Below are positions 10,845 through 22,996 of a stretch of 41,311 nt of DNA, in pieces; the stretch's first letter is position 1; the number at the start of each line of letters is the position of its first letter. The stretch comes from Octopus sinensis (lineage: Eukaryota), in the NCBI RefSeq assembly GCF_006345805.1, contig NW_021831984.1, positions 1 to 41,311 of the forward strand. The letters are read 5' to 3'. The translations under genes were made by a program, and so were the position numbers. The notes under the pieces were generated by a model that saw nothing but the letters and a program-made list of their open reading frames with translations, did no database searches and had not been told where the DNA came from.

Positions 10845-11069
10845 GTGACTTCAGTGTATTTCAATTTTTGTCGTGTATAAATCTCTTTGTCTTCACGCTA
10901 TTTCTACGGTTTCCTTACAATATTACTTCACTTATTTAAAATTTTCTGAAATTAATGTATATTTTTACTATGTACATAATTTTTGTTTAAAATATTGAAA
11001 AAAATATGCTAGCAAAGGAAAAACGTTTAATGTTTTACCGTGTTTGTCTTCTCTCTTTTACATGTTTCA

Positions 11070-11350
11070 GTCATTGAACTGCGACCATGCTGGAGCACTG
11101 CCTTAAAGGTACTTATATCTGTTTGTTTGTTTTGTTATTATTATTTTTTAAGTCTGTTGCTTAACCTATCGATCCGTCTCTTGCTGAGCCGTAAATTTAT
11201 GAGGACATAAACAAGAGCACGCAAACACGGGTTTTTATACGCCGGATGGAAAGGGACACAGATGCAAAGACACACGCACAGACACACACGCGTATCTAAC
11301 GGGATTCCACTTAGTCTCCGTCAACCAAATTCACTAGAAAGGCACTGAAA
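11070..11350 (-). mobile_element. SINE family B-like, degenerate
   Basis: GTTTCAGTCATTGAACTGCGACCATGCTGGAGCACTGCC (tail, reverse complement) and CTCCGTCAACCAAATTCACT remnants. Confidence 0.55.
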
Positions 11351-11446
11351 TTGAATCCGAGATTAAAAGGTTGCAAAACAAGTTTTTTAACGAGAGATCC
11401 ATGACTGCGCCTATAATTATATATAAAAAACGATAAAAGTCACCGT

Positions 11447-11740
11447 TTTCAAGCCTAGCCAGGCTCATGGACCCGGTTTCCCGGTTTCTATGGCGTAAGT
11501 GCTCCCCCAAGTGGAAGGAACGCCAGTCCATCGCAGCGTTACTCAAGAAACATGAAGAGAGAGTGAGAGAAGGTTGTAGCGAAAGAGTAAAACAGGGGTC
11601 GCCACTATCCCCTGTCGGCGCCTCGTTGAGCTTTTAGGTGTTTTCGCTCAATAAACACACACAACGCCCGGTCTGGGAATCGAAACCGCGATCCTCCGAC
11701 CGCTAGTCCGCTGCCCTAACCATTGGGTCATTGCGCCTCC
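11447..11740 (-). mobile_element. Chimeric SINE: family C head plus family D tail
   Basis: 11545-11740 matches the C head/core; 11447-11544 matches the D tail. Confidence 0.8.
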
Positions 11741-12014
11741 ATAATTATATATAAATCAAATAAAATCAAATATTGATATCGATCTACCCATCTATCTATC
11801 GATCTTATCTAACAGTGATGCGACAGAGACACGATTCGATCTGACAAAAATTCGGACCAACACCAGAACCACTCAAATATTTCCATCACATTTCCCATCA
11901 CCGTTACTCCGAGAATAACCCAATGAAACAGTTCCTCTGCTGTCGCTCTTATTCACAGACCATGAAAAATATAGAGAGGGGCACGTGAAATGAGGGGGGT
12001 CTAGTGAGAGGGAA

Positions 12015-12397
12015 GGAAGCACTCCGTCGGTTACGACGATGAGGGTTCCGGTTGATCCGAATCAACGGGACAGCCTGCTCGTGAAATTAACGTGTAAGTG
12101 GCTGAGCACTCCACAGACACGTGCACCCTTAACGTAGTTCTCGAGGATATTCAGCGTGACGCAGAGAGTGACAAGGCCGGCCCTTTGAAATACAGGTACA
12201 ACAGAAACAGGAAGTAAGAGTGAGAGAAAGTTGTGGTGAAAGAGTACAGCAGGGATCACCACCATCCCCTGCCGGAGCCTCGTGGAGCTTTAGGTGTTTT
12301 CGCTCAATAAACACTCACAACGCCCGGTCTGGGAATCGAAATCGTGATCCTATGACCGCGAGTCCGCTGCCCTAACCACTGGGCTATTGCGCCTCCA
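12015..12397 (-). mobile_element. SINE family C, full length
   Basis: Reverse complement of the 8528-8911 copy. Confidence 0.92.
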
Positions 12398-12671
12398 CTC
12401 ACAGACCATGAAAAATATGAGGGAGGTCTAGTGAGAGATGGATATAGAGGAAGTGGTGAGAGAGATGATAAAGAATAGAGAGTGTGTGTAGTAGGGGAGA
12501 TAACTAGGATGGGGGGGGGACACAGATTGAAAGAGTAAAGAATAAATGAGAAGAAAGGAGTGGTAGTGAAAGGAAAATGGAAGGGGAAGAAAAATGAGAA
12601 TGGAAAAAGAGTGGTAAAATGAAGGAGTGGGAGAATACAGGAGGAAGTAAGAAGAAAGAGTTATGAAAACA

Positions 12672-12804
12672 TGTGTGGTAAGTAGCTTGCTTACCAACCA
12701 CATGGTTCTGGGTTCAGTCCCACTGCATGGCACCTAGGGAAAGTGACTTCTACTGTAGTCTCGGGCCGATCAAAGCCTCGTGAGTGGATTTGGTAGACGG
12801 AAAT

Positions 12805-12838
<34 letters not shown>

Positions 12839-13040
12839 GACGGGCTTCTTTCAATTTCCCTACCATCGATTGACAAACGATGCTGGTGAGTTTACGTCCC
12901 CGTAACTTAGCGGTTCGGCAAAGAGATCGATGAATTAAGTACTAGGCTTACAAAGAATAAGGCCTGGGGGTTGATTTGTTCGACTAAGGGCGGTGCTCTA
13001 GCATGGCTGCAGTCAAAAGGATTGAAACAAGCAAAAGAGT
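12672..13040 (+). mobile_element. SINE family B
   Basis: TGTGTGGTAAGTAGCTTGCTTACCAACCACATGG head, central (TA)n and standard tail. Confidence 0.9.
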
Positions 13041-13203
13041 AAGTGATAAGTTGAAAGTAAATGTGAAAGAAGTGGGAGGGAATGGAGGGATTGGGGGTGG
13101 AAAGAATGGGAAAAAGAAAGGGAAGGAAAGAGAAAGAAAGGTACTAGGAAGTAAGAGAATAAAGAAGGAAATAAGGAAAGTAATATTTACATTATATACA
13201 TCA

Positions 13204-13717
13204 CTAGCAGTATCGCCAGGCGTTGCTCGGGTTTGTAAGGGAAATAACTATATAAGCATTTTTAGAGAGTTACTTCCCTTATAGATGCCAATTCGGGCTT
13301 TCTTAGCCATTTTCTGTTTTGGTGTCTTCAAGCCATGAAGTCGTTGTTCTAAAAGAACGCTGTGGTCTCCTTGACAACGCTTTACGAGGTTGATTCCTTA
13401 CACTCCCTTCCCAACAGCTTCACGAGGGAGGGAAGAATGGGGGAAGCAAACAGGTGCAGGTGTGACCATGGACGCCAACTCCGCCGCCATCGACACACGA
13501 AAAATTATGCATTAAAATGGAATAAAAAATGATGTTAAATTATTTTTAAAATCGTAGACTCATCGTAGACGCGCGCTAATACTCAGACGGGCTCGATATG
13601 AATCACGACTATAAGATACCCGAATTTGGTTAAACTGCACCGCAAAATGTGGGAGTAGTTAGGAATCTAAATCGAAGGGGACAGACACTCACACAACTAC
13701 AGTTTTATATATATAGA
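13204..13717 (-). mobile_element. Non-autonomous Helitron with a unique internal insert
   Basis: On the minus strand A|TC...hairpin...CTAG|T; shares termini and the AATCGTAGACTCATCGTAGAC motif with the 4354 and 38940 copies. Confidence 0.85.
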
Positions 13718-13718
13718 T

Positions 13719-13952
13719 TTACATTATTTACATTCGACGGATATTTGTCTTCATCTTGTTTGTTGTTAACACATTTCGGCTGATATACCCTCCAGCCTTC
13801 ATCAGGTGTCTTGGAGAAATTTCGAATCTGGGTTCTCATTCCTAAGATATTTTTCGATGTTGTTGTTGTTTTTATTATTATTATTATGATGTTTTTTCTT
13901 TCTTTCTTCAAATTTTCTTCCGTTTCTCGCCGATGTTTTCCTATTATTATTA

Positions 13953-14005
<53 letters not shown>

Positions 14006-14031
14006 ATTATTATTATTATTATTATTATCAA

Positions 14032-14117
<86 letters not shown>

Positions 14118-14141
14118 TCACTGCCTGGAATCGAACTCGGA
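13719..14141 (-). mobile_element. SINE family E, 5'-truncated inverted copy with an expanded (AAT)n tract
   Basis: 13719-13860 is the reverse complement of ~14231-14378; B-box remnant at ~14129-14139. Confidence 0.85.
13945..14112. repeat. (ATT)n/(ATC)n trinucleotide tract
   Basis: Direct inspection; yields the poly-I/N/Y pseudo-ORFs. Confidence 0.95.
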
Positions 14142-14417
14142 CATATGTCGTAGTGGTTAAGAGCGCGGGCTTCTAACCCCAAGATTCCGAGTTCGATTCT
14201 AGGCAGTAACCTGAATAATAATAATAATAATTACATCGAAAAATACGTTAGAAATGAGAACCCAGGTTCGAAATTTCCCCCAAGACACCTGATGAAGGCT
14301 GGAGGGTATATCAGCTGAAACGTTGTGTTAACAACAAACAAGATGAGGACAAATATCCGTCAAATGTAAATAATGTAAATGATGTACACAATTCCTGATC
14401 TCTTAAATATAGAACTG
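14139..14417 (+). mobile_element. SINE family E: tRNA-like head, (AAT)n linker and hammerhead-bearing tail
   Basis: A-box-like GTCGTAGTGGTTAAG, B-box GAGTTCGATTC at 14189-14199, (AAT)n, then a tail with CTGATGA...GAAAC. Confidence 0.8.
14284..14329 (+). ncRNA. Putative minimal type I hammerhead ribozyme (Penelope-like)
   Basis: GACAC-CTGATGA-A-GGCTG(10-nt loop)CAGCT-GAAA-CGT-T-GTGTT: core motifs, 5-bp stem II, 5-bp stem I and a loopless palindromic ACGT stem III; predicted cleavage after U14324. Confidence 0.65.
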
Positions 14418-14439
14418 TAAGGAGAGCTAGATGAAAAGG

Positions 14440-14746
14440 AAAAGGGACTCAATGAATGAAGTGAAAAGAAAGAAAGGGAGAAATAGAGGAAGGAGAGGGA
14501 CAAAGACATACAGAGAAATATATGGAGGGAGGAAAACCTAAGACAGGGATAAAGAAAGAATGAGAGAAAGAGGTGGGGGTGGAGAATAGGAAATTGAGAA
14601 AGGGGAAATAGAGAAAGTGAAAGAGGGGACAACGAGAGGGGCAACAAGAGATAAGAGAGAACGAGAGATGAGAGAGGGAGAGATGAGAGAGAGAGAGATG
14701 AAAGAGAACTAATAAGGGTCTGTAGGAAAGAGTGAAAGTCGGAGTG

Positions 14747-14824
<78 letters not shown>

Positions 14825-15017
14825 TGAAGAAAGGGAGAGAGGAGGGGCATTGGATGTGAAATTGAGAAAGGAGAAGACAGAGAAAGTAAAAGAGGGAACA
14901 CAAGAGGAGAGAGAGAAAGGGAGACCGAGAGAGAAAGAGAGACCGAGAGAGAAAGAGAAAGAGGGAGATGAGAGAAAGCTAATAAGGGTCTGTTTGGAGA
15001 GAGTGAGAGTCAGAATG

Positions 15018-15089
<72 letters not shown>

Positions 15090-15091
15090 AG

Positions 15092-15163
<72 letters not shown>

Positions 15164-15190
15164 CAGAGAGAGAGAAAGAGAGAGAAGTGG
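14440..15190. repeat. Purine-rich (GA)n/(TAGA)n block with a 270-bp tandem duplication
   Basis: CTAATAAGGGTCTGT...GTAGATAGATAG recurs at 14709 and 14979. Confidence 0.85.
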
Positions 15191-15460
15191 GTGGGAGCAC
15201 AACATATGGTGAAGTGATTAGTGTTTCGAATAACAGCAGTTCTATTTTTCTAAAGTCTGCGACCATCTGGCCATCTGCAGAAGACGTTAGGGTGCCACTG
15301 TTTGGATGAGAAGATTGTGGTGGAGAGGTGAGGGCTGTGGAGGTGTGTTGTGTTGGTGGTGTGGTGCTATTGAGGCAGTTGTTGGTCCACAAACAACCAT
15401 TGGAACACAGATTCCTGTCAAAACTTTCTATGCAGCAAGAGAGAGAGAGAGAGGGAGAGA

Positions 15461-16072
15461 GGCGATATGGAATTTCGTTTGACTGACGACGGAGAAGGAT
15501 GAAGGACGGGAGAGTTTGTGGAGATAAGATGAGAGAAGAGGTGTGGGAAGAGGAAGTGAGAGAGAGAGAGAGAGACGGACAGACAGACAGACAGACAGAG
15601 AGAGAGAGGGAGAGGCGATATGGAATTTCGTTTGACTGACGACGGAGAAGGATGAAGGACGGGAGAGTTTGTGGAGATAAGATGAGAGAAGAGGTGTGGG
15701 AAGAGGAAGTGAGAGAGAGAGAGAGAGAGAGACGGACAGACAGACAGAAGAGAGAGAGGAGAGAGAGGAGAGGCGATAGGGATTTCGTTGACTGACGACG
15801 GAGAAGGATGAAGGACGGGAGAGTTTGTGGAGATAAGATGAGAAGAGAGGATGTGGAAGAGGAAGTGAGAGAGAGAGAGAGAGACGGACAGACAGACAGA
15901 CAGAAGCGAGAGAGAGAGAGAGAGAGAGACGATATGGAATTTCGTTTGACTGACGACGGAGAAGGATGAAGGACGGGAGAGTTTGTGGAGATAAGATGAG
16001 GGAAGAGGTGTTGGAAGAGGAAGTGAGAGAGAGAGAGGAGAGAGAGAGACGGACAGAGAGAGAGAGAGAGAC

Positions 16073-16103
<31 letters not shown>

Positions 16104-16250
16104 CGATATGGAATTTCGTTTGACTGACGACGGAGAAGGTTGAAGGACGGGAGAGTTTGTGGAGATAAGATGAGGGAAGAGGTGTAGGAAGAGGAAGAGG
16201 GAGAGAGACAGAGAGAGACAGACAGACAGACAGAGAGAGGGGGGAGATAG
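15461..16250. repeat. Minisatellite, 5 units of ~153-174 bp
   Basis: A ~95-bp core (G.CGATATGGAATTTCGTTTGACTGACGACGGAGAAGG...) starts at 15461, 15614, 15772, 15928 and 16102, each followed by variable (GA)n/(GACA)n. Confidence 0.92.
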
Positions 16251-16843
16251 AGTGTGTGTCTGTGTCTCTGTGTGTATATGTGTATGAGTGAACGAGAGAG
16301 AGGAACTACGGTGGTGATTAGAGGAGTGAAAAACAAAGATGGCGGAAAGGGGCTGAGCGGGGCCTAAATGAAAGAAAACCCACATCTGGGAAACTGGTCG
16401 AACGCAACTGCACCTCCTCGTTATTCCTTCTTTTCAACTACTTCAATGACTTCATATTTTTATATTTTTCTTTGTCTTTTTCTTTATCTTTCTTTTTCTT
16501 TCTTTTTTTTTTCTATCCTTTTTTTTCCTTTCCGTCTTTCTTTCTTTCTTTTTTTTTCTCACATTCACGTTTCTTGTTTTTTTCTTTCTCTACACTTCTT
16601 TCCTTCGCTCATTCTTTTCTTCTTTTTTTTGGGATTCTTTCGTTTGCTCTCCCACCGACTTTCTCTCTCTCTCTCTCTCATTCCCCCTCCCTCTCTATCT
16701 CACTCTCACTATGCGTGTATATGTATGTACGTATACATATATACGCATATGTATGTAAATGTAGGTATGAATGTATCTATGTATGTATACTTATATATAT
16801 GCATATACATATACATATACATATATATATATATGTATGTATG

Positions 16844-16875
<32 letters not shown>

Positions 16876-16913
16876 CATTATATACACATATATATATATA
16901 TATATAATATACA

Positions 16914-17121
16914 AAGCAATAAAGGGTTAGCAACGAATTGCCTTACCACATACCGAATTTAGAAATAGCAGTCAAAGGGTTATATCTCAGTAAAAACAGC
17001 AATTGCTGTTTTTACTGAGATCTCCCTTTTATTAGTAGAAGAAATAGCTATAAACCCTTTGACTGCTATTTCTAAATTCGGTATGTGGTAAGGCAATTCG
17101 TTGCTAAACCCTTTATTGCTT
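16914..17121. repeat. Foldback inverted repeat with a 38-bp perfect central palindrome
   Basis: Arms 16914-16984 and 17049-17121; perfect palindrome at 16984-17021. Confidence 0.95.
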
Positions 17122-17480
17122 AGTAGTATTATTAAATTTTCCTCGAATGAGGCTTTTTACATGCGAAGACTACTTGGTGTAATTGATAATTATTCCAAAT
17201 TAATTAATTTCACCCTTCATTATTACTATATATATATACATATATATATATGAACATATATATAATATATATATACATATACATATTACCTCTATATATA
17301 CATATATGCAAATATATATACATGTATAACTATGCATACGCACATGTAAACTTTATTATATATATATACACGTATGTATATATATATAATATATAATATT
17401 ATTATATATTATATATATACATACATGCATCGTGTATATATGTGTGTATATATATATATATATATTATATATATATATAT

Positions 17481-17517
<37 letters not shown>

Positions 17518-17733
17518 AAGAGAGGGTAAAAGGTAGCAGTGACTTGAAAACATTATAAGAAGCCCTCGCTAATTGATTTGGTACCTTCGTAGTCTGGAGA
17601 AAACCTTAAAAAAAAGGAGAAAAAACTCGTCTCTTCACCTTTTTGGCCTCGCAGCACATCCAGGGTGTGAAAGCAGGAGGTGAAGCAACCTGCACAAGCA
17701 CTCGCACGGCTAGTGTTCACATTCTACTGAATA

Positions 17734-17851
17734 CACTGGACCAACGTGAAGTGTAGTGCCTTGCTGAAAGATTCAACGCACAGACGGGAGCAGGTATTGA
17801 ATCCATCGCATTAGCATAGGGAACACATATACTAATTATTAGACCTTCATG
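17734..17851 (-). mobile_element. SINE family D-like, degenerate 5' part
   Basis: CACTGGACCAACGTGAAGTGTAGTGCCTTGCTGAAAG resembles the reverse complement of the D core. Confidence 0.5.
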
Positions 17852-17860
17852 AATATATAC

Positions 17861-18501
17861 CGACCACATGGTTCCGGATTCAGTCCCACTGCGTGGCACG
17901 TTGGGCAAGTGTCTTCTACTATAGCCTCGGACCGACCAAACCCTCGTGAGTGGATTTGGTAGACGGAAACTGAAAGGCGGCGAGCTGGCAGAAACCTTAG
18001 CACGCCGGGCGAAATGCTTAGCGGTATTTCGTCTGCCGTTACATTCTGAGTTCAAATCCCGCCGAGGTCGACTTTACCTTTCATCCTTTCGGGGTCGATA
18101 AATTAAGTACCAGTTACGCACTGGGGTCGATGTAATCGACTTAATCCGTTTGTCTGTCCTTGTTTGTCCGCTCTGTGTTTACCCCTTGTGGGTAATAAAG
18201 AAATAGGTATTTCGTCTGCCGTTACATTCTGAGTTCAAATCCCGCCGAGGTCGACTTTACCTTTCATCCTTTCGGGGTCGATAAATTAAGTACCAGTTAC
18301 GCACTGGGGTCGATGTAATCGACTTAATCGCTTTGTCTGTCCTTGTTTGTCCCCTCTGTGTCTAGCTCCTTGTAGGCAGTAAAGAAATAGGAAACTGAAA
18401 GAAGCCCGTTGTATGTATGTATGTATGTATATGTATATATTTATGTGTGTGGTTGTCCCCCACCCCCAACATCGCTTGACAACCGATGTTGGTGTGTTTA
18501 C
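17861..18501 (+). mobile_element. SINE family B interrupted by a family A dimer
   Basis: B head/core at 17861-17975 resumes at 18390 with GGAAACTGAAAGAAGCCCG. Confidence 0.85.
17976..18389 (+). mobile_element. SINE family A, tandem dimer
   Basis: Full unit plus a headless second unit from ~18206; 12-bp TSD GGAAACTGAAAG at 17965-17976 and 18390-18401. Confidence 0.92.
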
Positions 18502-19076
18502 TGAGAGATTTAGAAATGTATTATTTCAATGTTCTCTTCTTTCGATTGTAAAACCTAATCACTGTAAATCTTCATAAACCGGGTATCGGAGAAATGATTT
18601 CTTTCTGTCCAACAAAGAAACCCTTTAGAGGTCGAAGAGCCTGCTGGTACCTGTGGTTAAACTCCTCCCAAACCACGCCTTATTATCTTAAAGTAGGAAG
18701 AAAACGTTGCATAATGTAGTCCTGAATACATTGCTGGATTTACGATAAGCAGGTCATAGCCGGATTATTATGATTAGATCTTCTTGGTTATAGCTAGCGT
18801 GAGACTAAACAACAACAGAGCTACAACTGTTTGAGCATCTGAATTATCTCCCATCTCTCTCTCTCTTTCTCTCTCTCTCACTCTCTTGTCTCTTTTTCTC
18901 ACTCTCTCTCTCTCTTTGTTTCCCTCCTCTCTCTCTCTCTCTCGACATATAGACGGATTTAAATATATATACACAGACACAGGCACACACACACATACAC
19001 ACATACGCACACACGAACATATAAACTACAAAATAGGACAAAAACATGAGCATATGTATATATGTGTGTGTGTGTT

Positions 19077-19242
19077 GTGTGTGGTAAGTAGCTTGCTTAC
19101 CAGCCATGGTTCCAGGTTCATCCCACTGCGTGGCACCTTGGGCAAGTGTTTCTACTATAGCCTCGGGCTGACCAAAGCCTTGTGAGTGGATTTGGTAGAC
19201 GGAAGCTGAAAGAAGCTCGTCGTTTATTATATATATATATAG

Positions 19243-19301
<59 letters not shown>

Positions 19302-19511
19302 TGTATGTATGTATGTATGTATGTATGTATGTATACACATATATATGTGTTTTCCCCCCTCCATCGCTTGGACAACCGATGCTGGTGTGTTTGCGTCTCG
19401 TAACTTGGCGGTTCGACAAAAGTGAATGATTGAATATGCATCAGGCTTACAAACAGTAAGTTCTGGGGTCGATTTGCTCGACTAAAATGGCGCTGCTCCA
19501 GCATGGCCGCA
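19077..19511 (+). mobile_element. SINE family B
   Basis: Standard head, core, central (TA)/(GTAT)n and tail to CAGCATGGCCGCAG. Confidence 0.88.
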
Positions 19512-19648
19512 GATCTACTGTATGTAAGTAGATATATATATATGTGTGTGTGTGTGTGTGTATGTGTATATGTGTATGTATGTCTCTGTGTAATGGATGT
19601 ATGTATGTGCGAGTGAGTATGTCATGGTACAAAGACATATATATATAT

Positions 19649-20570
19649 AAAATTAAGAGGAATGACCACCAAAGTGAACTCCTAATATGCTAAAGATAGA
19701 CGTCAAATCGCCTTACCACGAAGAATGTGTTCTCATGGAAAAAAAAATTCAGAAAAACGCCAGAATGTAAAATGTTAATATTTACATTCGTTAATATTAA
19801 CAAGCAAAACCATCTGTCTTGCTAATTTTTACATTCTGGCGTTTTGCTGAAATATTTTTCTTGAGAACACACTCTTTGTGATAAGGCAATTTGACGTCTA
19901 TTTTTAGTATATTAGGAGTCCACCTTGGTGGTCTTTCCTCTTAATTTTGTATATAATATAATTTTTAATCTTTGAATATTTTAATTATGCTCTTCCACTG
20001 GTTTTAATTGATTAATATAAATTTCTACTCTCATTATCTAACTTTTAAATAGCAATGTTCTCTAACCGGTAAATTAGCTGCAGAAATCTATTAACTGCAG
20101 AGTTATTTCCGGCTTCAGCGCGCCAAAATGAAGACATTTGAAAAGTACCCTCAAATATATGCAGAACTTTATACATATTCTCTTTCGGGTGAGCATCCTG
20201 TGTCTAGTTCTAGAAATTGTGTTTTGTAAGCGACAGACAATGCTGATGAGCTTGCAGATATTTACATTCGTAAATATTGACAAATGAAACCATTGGTACA
20301 TAGGCAATCGTTTTTTATTTCGTATATTTTCATTTGTCTTGCTCATTATTACATTCTGGAGTTTTGCTGAAATTTTTTTTTTTGAGAGCACACTCTTTGT
20401 GGTAAGGCGATTTAACGTCTATTTTTTAGCATATTAGGAGTCCCCCTTGGTTGTCATTCCTCTTAATTTCGAATGTAATATCATTTTTAATCTTCGGATT
20501 TTTTTAAATATGCTATGCCACTGGTTTTAATTGATTAACATCAATTTCTACCCTCATTATTTAATTTATA
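19649..20570. mobile_element. AT-rich palindromic MITE-like element with a duplicated arm
   Basis: Arm 19649-19780 is the reverse complement of 19823-19950; the right arm and loop recur directly at 20259-20570. Confidence 0.7.
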
Positions 20571-20604
20571 TATATTCGCACATACATACATAAATAATAC
20601 ACAC

Positions 20605-20652
<48 letters not shown>

Positions 20653-20952
20653 GGGATTTTTCCTTGTGTAGTTTGTCTTGTACTCTGTTTTTTCTGTTGT
20701 AAAAAATGGTTTGTTCCATGCTTGTTTTCCGTTTTCGTTCTCGTTGAGTTCTACGTCTAGTTGTGGTGTCCTGTACTCACGTATATATTTATATATGCAT
20801 GTATAGTACATATAGATTGTGGTACGTACATATATGTTTGTATGTATGCATATATTTTATTTATTACACTATTGTTTGACAGCGCCCTCGCGCGCGTCGA
20901 TTCGATTCGATTCGTTCGTTTCGTTCCGTTCTTCTTCTTCTCCAAGTACTGT

Positions 20953-21036
<84 letters not shown>

Positions 21037-21149
21037 GGGTGTTTGGAAATTCCTTGATACAGTCATAACATTTGGAGAGAAGATTTTTTTCTCAAAGAGT
21101 GAAGATGAGAAGAGAACTTCACTCTTTGAGAAAAATTCTTCCCTGCAAT

Positions 21150-21190
21150 TACACACACACACACACACACACACATAAATACACACACAA

Positions 21191-21231
<41 letters not shown>

Positions 21232-21329
21232 AATGTACCTACATATCCGTGCTGTATTAAGATTTCTCTTAAACGTACCGTTGCTAATAACCTGTTGTTA
21301 AAACTCAATACTCATATGTGTGTGTACGC

Positions 21330-21361
<32 letters not shown>

Positions 21362-21595
21362 ATTTGTGTGTGTGAGTGCGTGTGTGTTTGTGTGAGTGTG
21401 CGTATTTGTGTGTATATGCGGATGCGTGTGTATATGTATACATATACATATACATATGCATGCATATGCACATGTATATATATATATATAATATACTCAT
21501 AAACACGCACGCAACATATATACGTACATATATTATATATATATATAATATATATATATATAATATATATATATATTATATGTATATATATATAT

Positions 21596-21652
<57 letters not shown>

Positions 21653-21691
21653 ATATATATATATATTATATATAATATATATATGTCTGTG

Positions 21692-21736
<45 letters not shown>

Positions 21737-22241
21737 TATATATATTATTATATATAATATTTATATATATAGTATATTATATATTATTATATTATAATAT
21801 TATATATTATACATAACACACACACACATATATATATTATATTATCTATAATTATATATATTATACATAAACACACCACACACAATATATATATATTGTA
21901 TATATATATATATATAATATATATATATATATATAGAATATATATATATTATACATGCACACTCATACACATATATATTTGTGACTGTTTCTCAAAATAC
22001 AACAGATTCTATTTTTGTGCAACAGAATACTTTCATCCTATAATAGAGTACAGAGACTGCGAGTGAAAACAAGCCAGAATACATTTCTGTTTGTGGAGTT
22101 TCACTAATGTGTAAAACATATGATTCAAACGCATTGAGCCTTGCAGTGAAAACCGTTGAGTGTATTCCTTTGTGTGAGTGTGCGTGTGAGTGTGCGTGCG
22201 TGCGTGATACAATTATATAAATAAAGAAATGACCTGATATA

Positions 22242-22293
<52 letters not shown>

Positions 22294-22354
22294 AGTATAT
22301 AAGTATATACATATATATACTATATATATGTATATATATATATATATGTATATG

Positions 22355-22393
<39 letters not shown>

Positions 22394-22422
22394 AGTATAT
22401 ATATATATGTAAGTATATATAC

Positions 22423-22454
<32 letters not shown>

Positions 22455-22496
22455 GAGATATATATATATATATATATGTACGTATATATATATAAT

Positions 22497-22533
<37 letters not shown>

Positions 22534-22635
22534 ATTATGTAAGTATATACATATATATAGGTTGTTTCATTATTTCTATAATTGTATCACGCGCAAACAT
22601 AATATACATACATATACATTTATATATATATATCT

Positions 22636-22667
<32 letters not shown>

Positions 22668-22800
22668 ATATACATATATATACACACACATATACATATA
22701 TATATATATATACACACACACACATATATACAATATAATCTATATATATATATATTATATCTATATAAGATATATATTATATATATATGTATGTATGTAT
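21150..22800. repeat. Large compound (CA)n/(TG)n/(TA)n microsatellite field
   Basis: Direct inspection; one unique island at ~21975-22230. Confidence 0.9.
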
Positions 22801-22965
22801 GATACATATGTGATGAGATGAAAGTGTTTGGTATAAGCTATGGAACTTTAAGGTGAAACTAAGTCAAATTGTTATTAAATACATGAAATTCTAACCAAAT
22901 GTGTTGGAATTACATGACTTTCGTTTGCTCACGTACTGATGTGTGTATGGGTGTATGTGTGCCTC

Positions 22966-22996
<31 letters not shown>

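Noticed and set aside
14139-14210. Functional tRNA gene here or at other SINE heads
   Set aside because: A/B boxes are present but there is no complete cloverleaf acceptor stem, and each head continues into SINE body.
16333-16346. YY1-like / start-context motif CAAAGATGGCGG
   Set aside because: The ATG is followed by a stop after five codons and no other promoter evidence is visible.
14360-16385. 281, 302 and 468 aa ORFs
   Set aside because: Translations of (CT)n, (CTAT)n and the minisatellite; low complexity with no domain.
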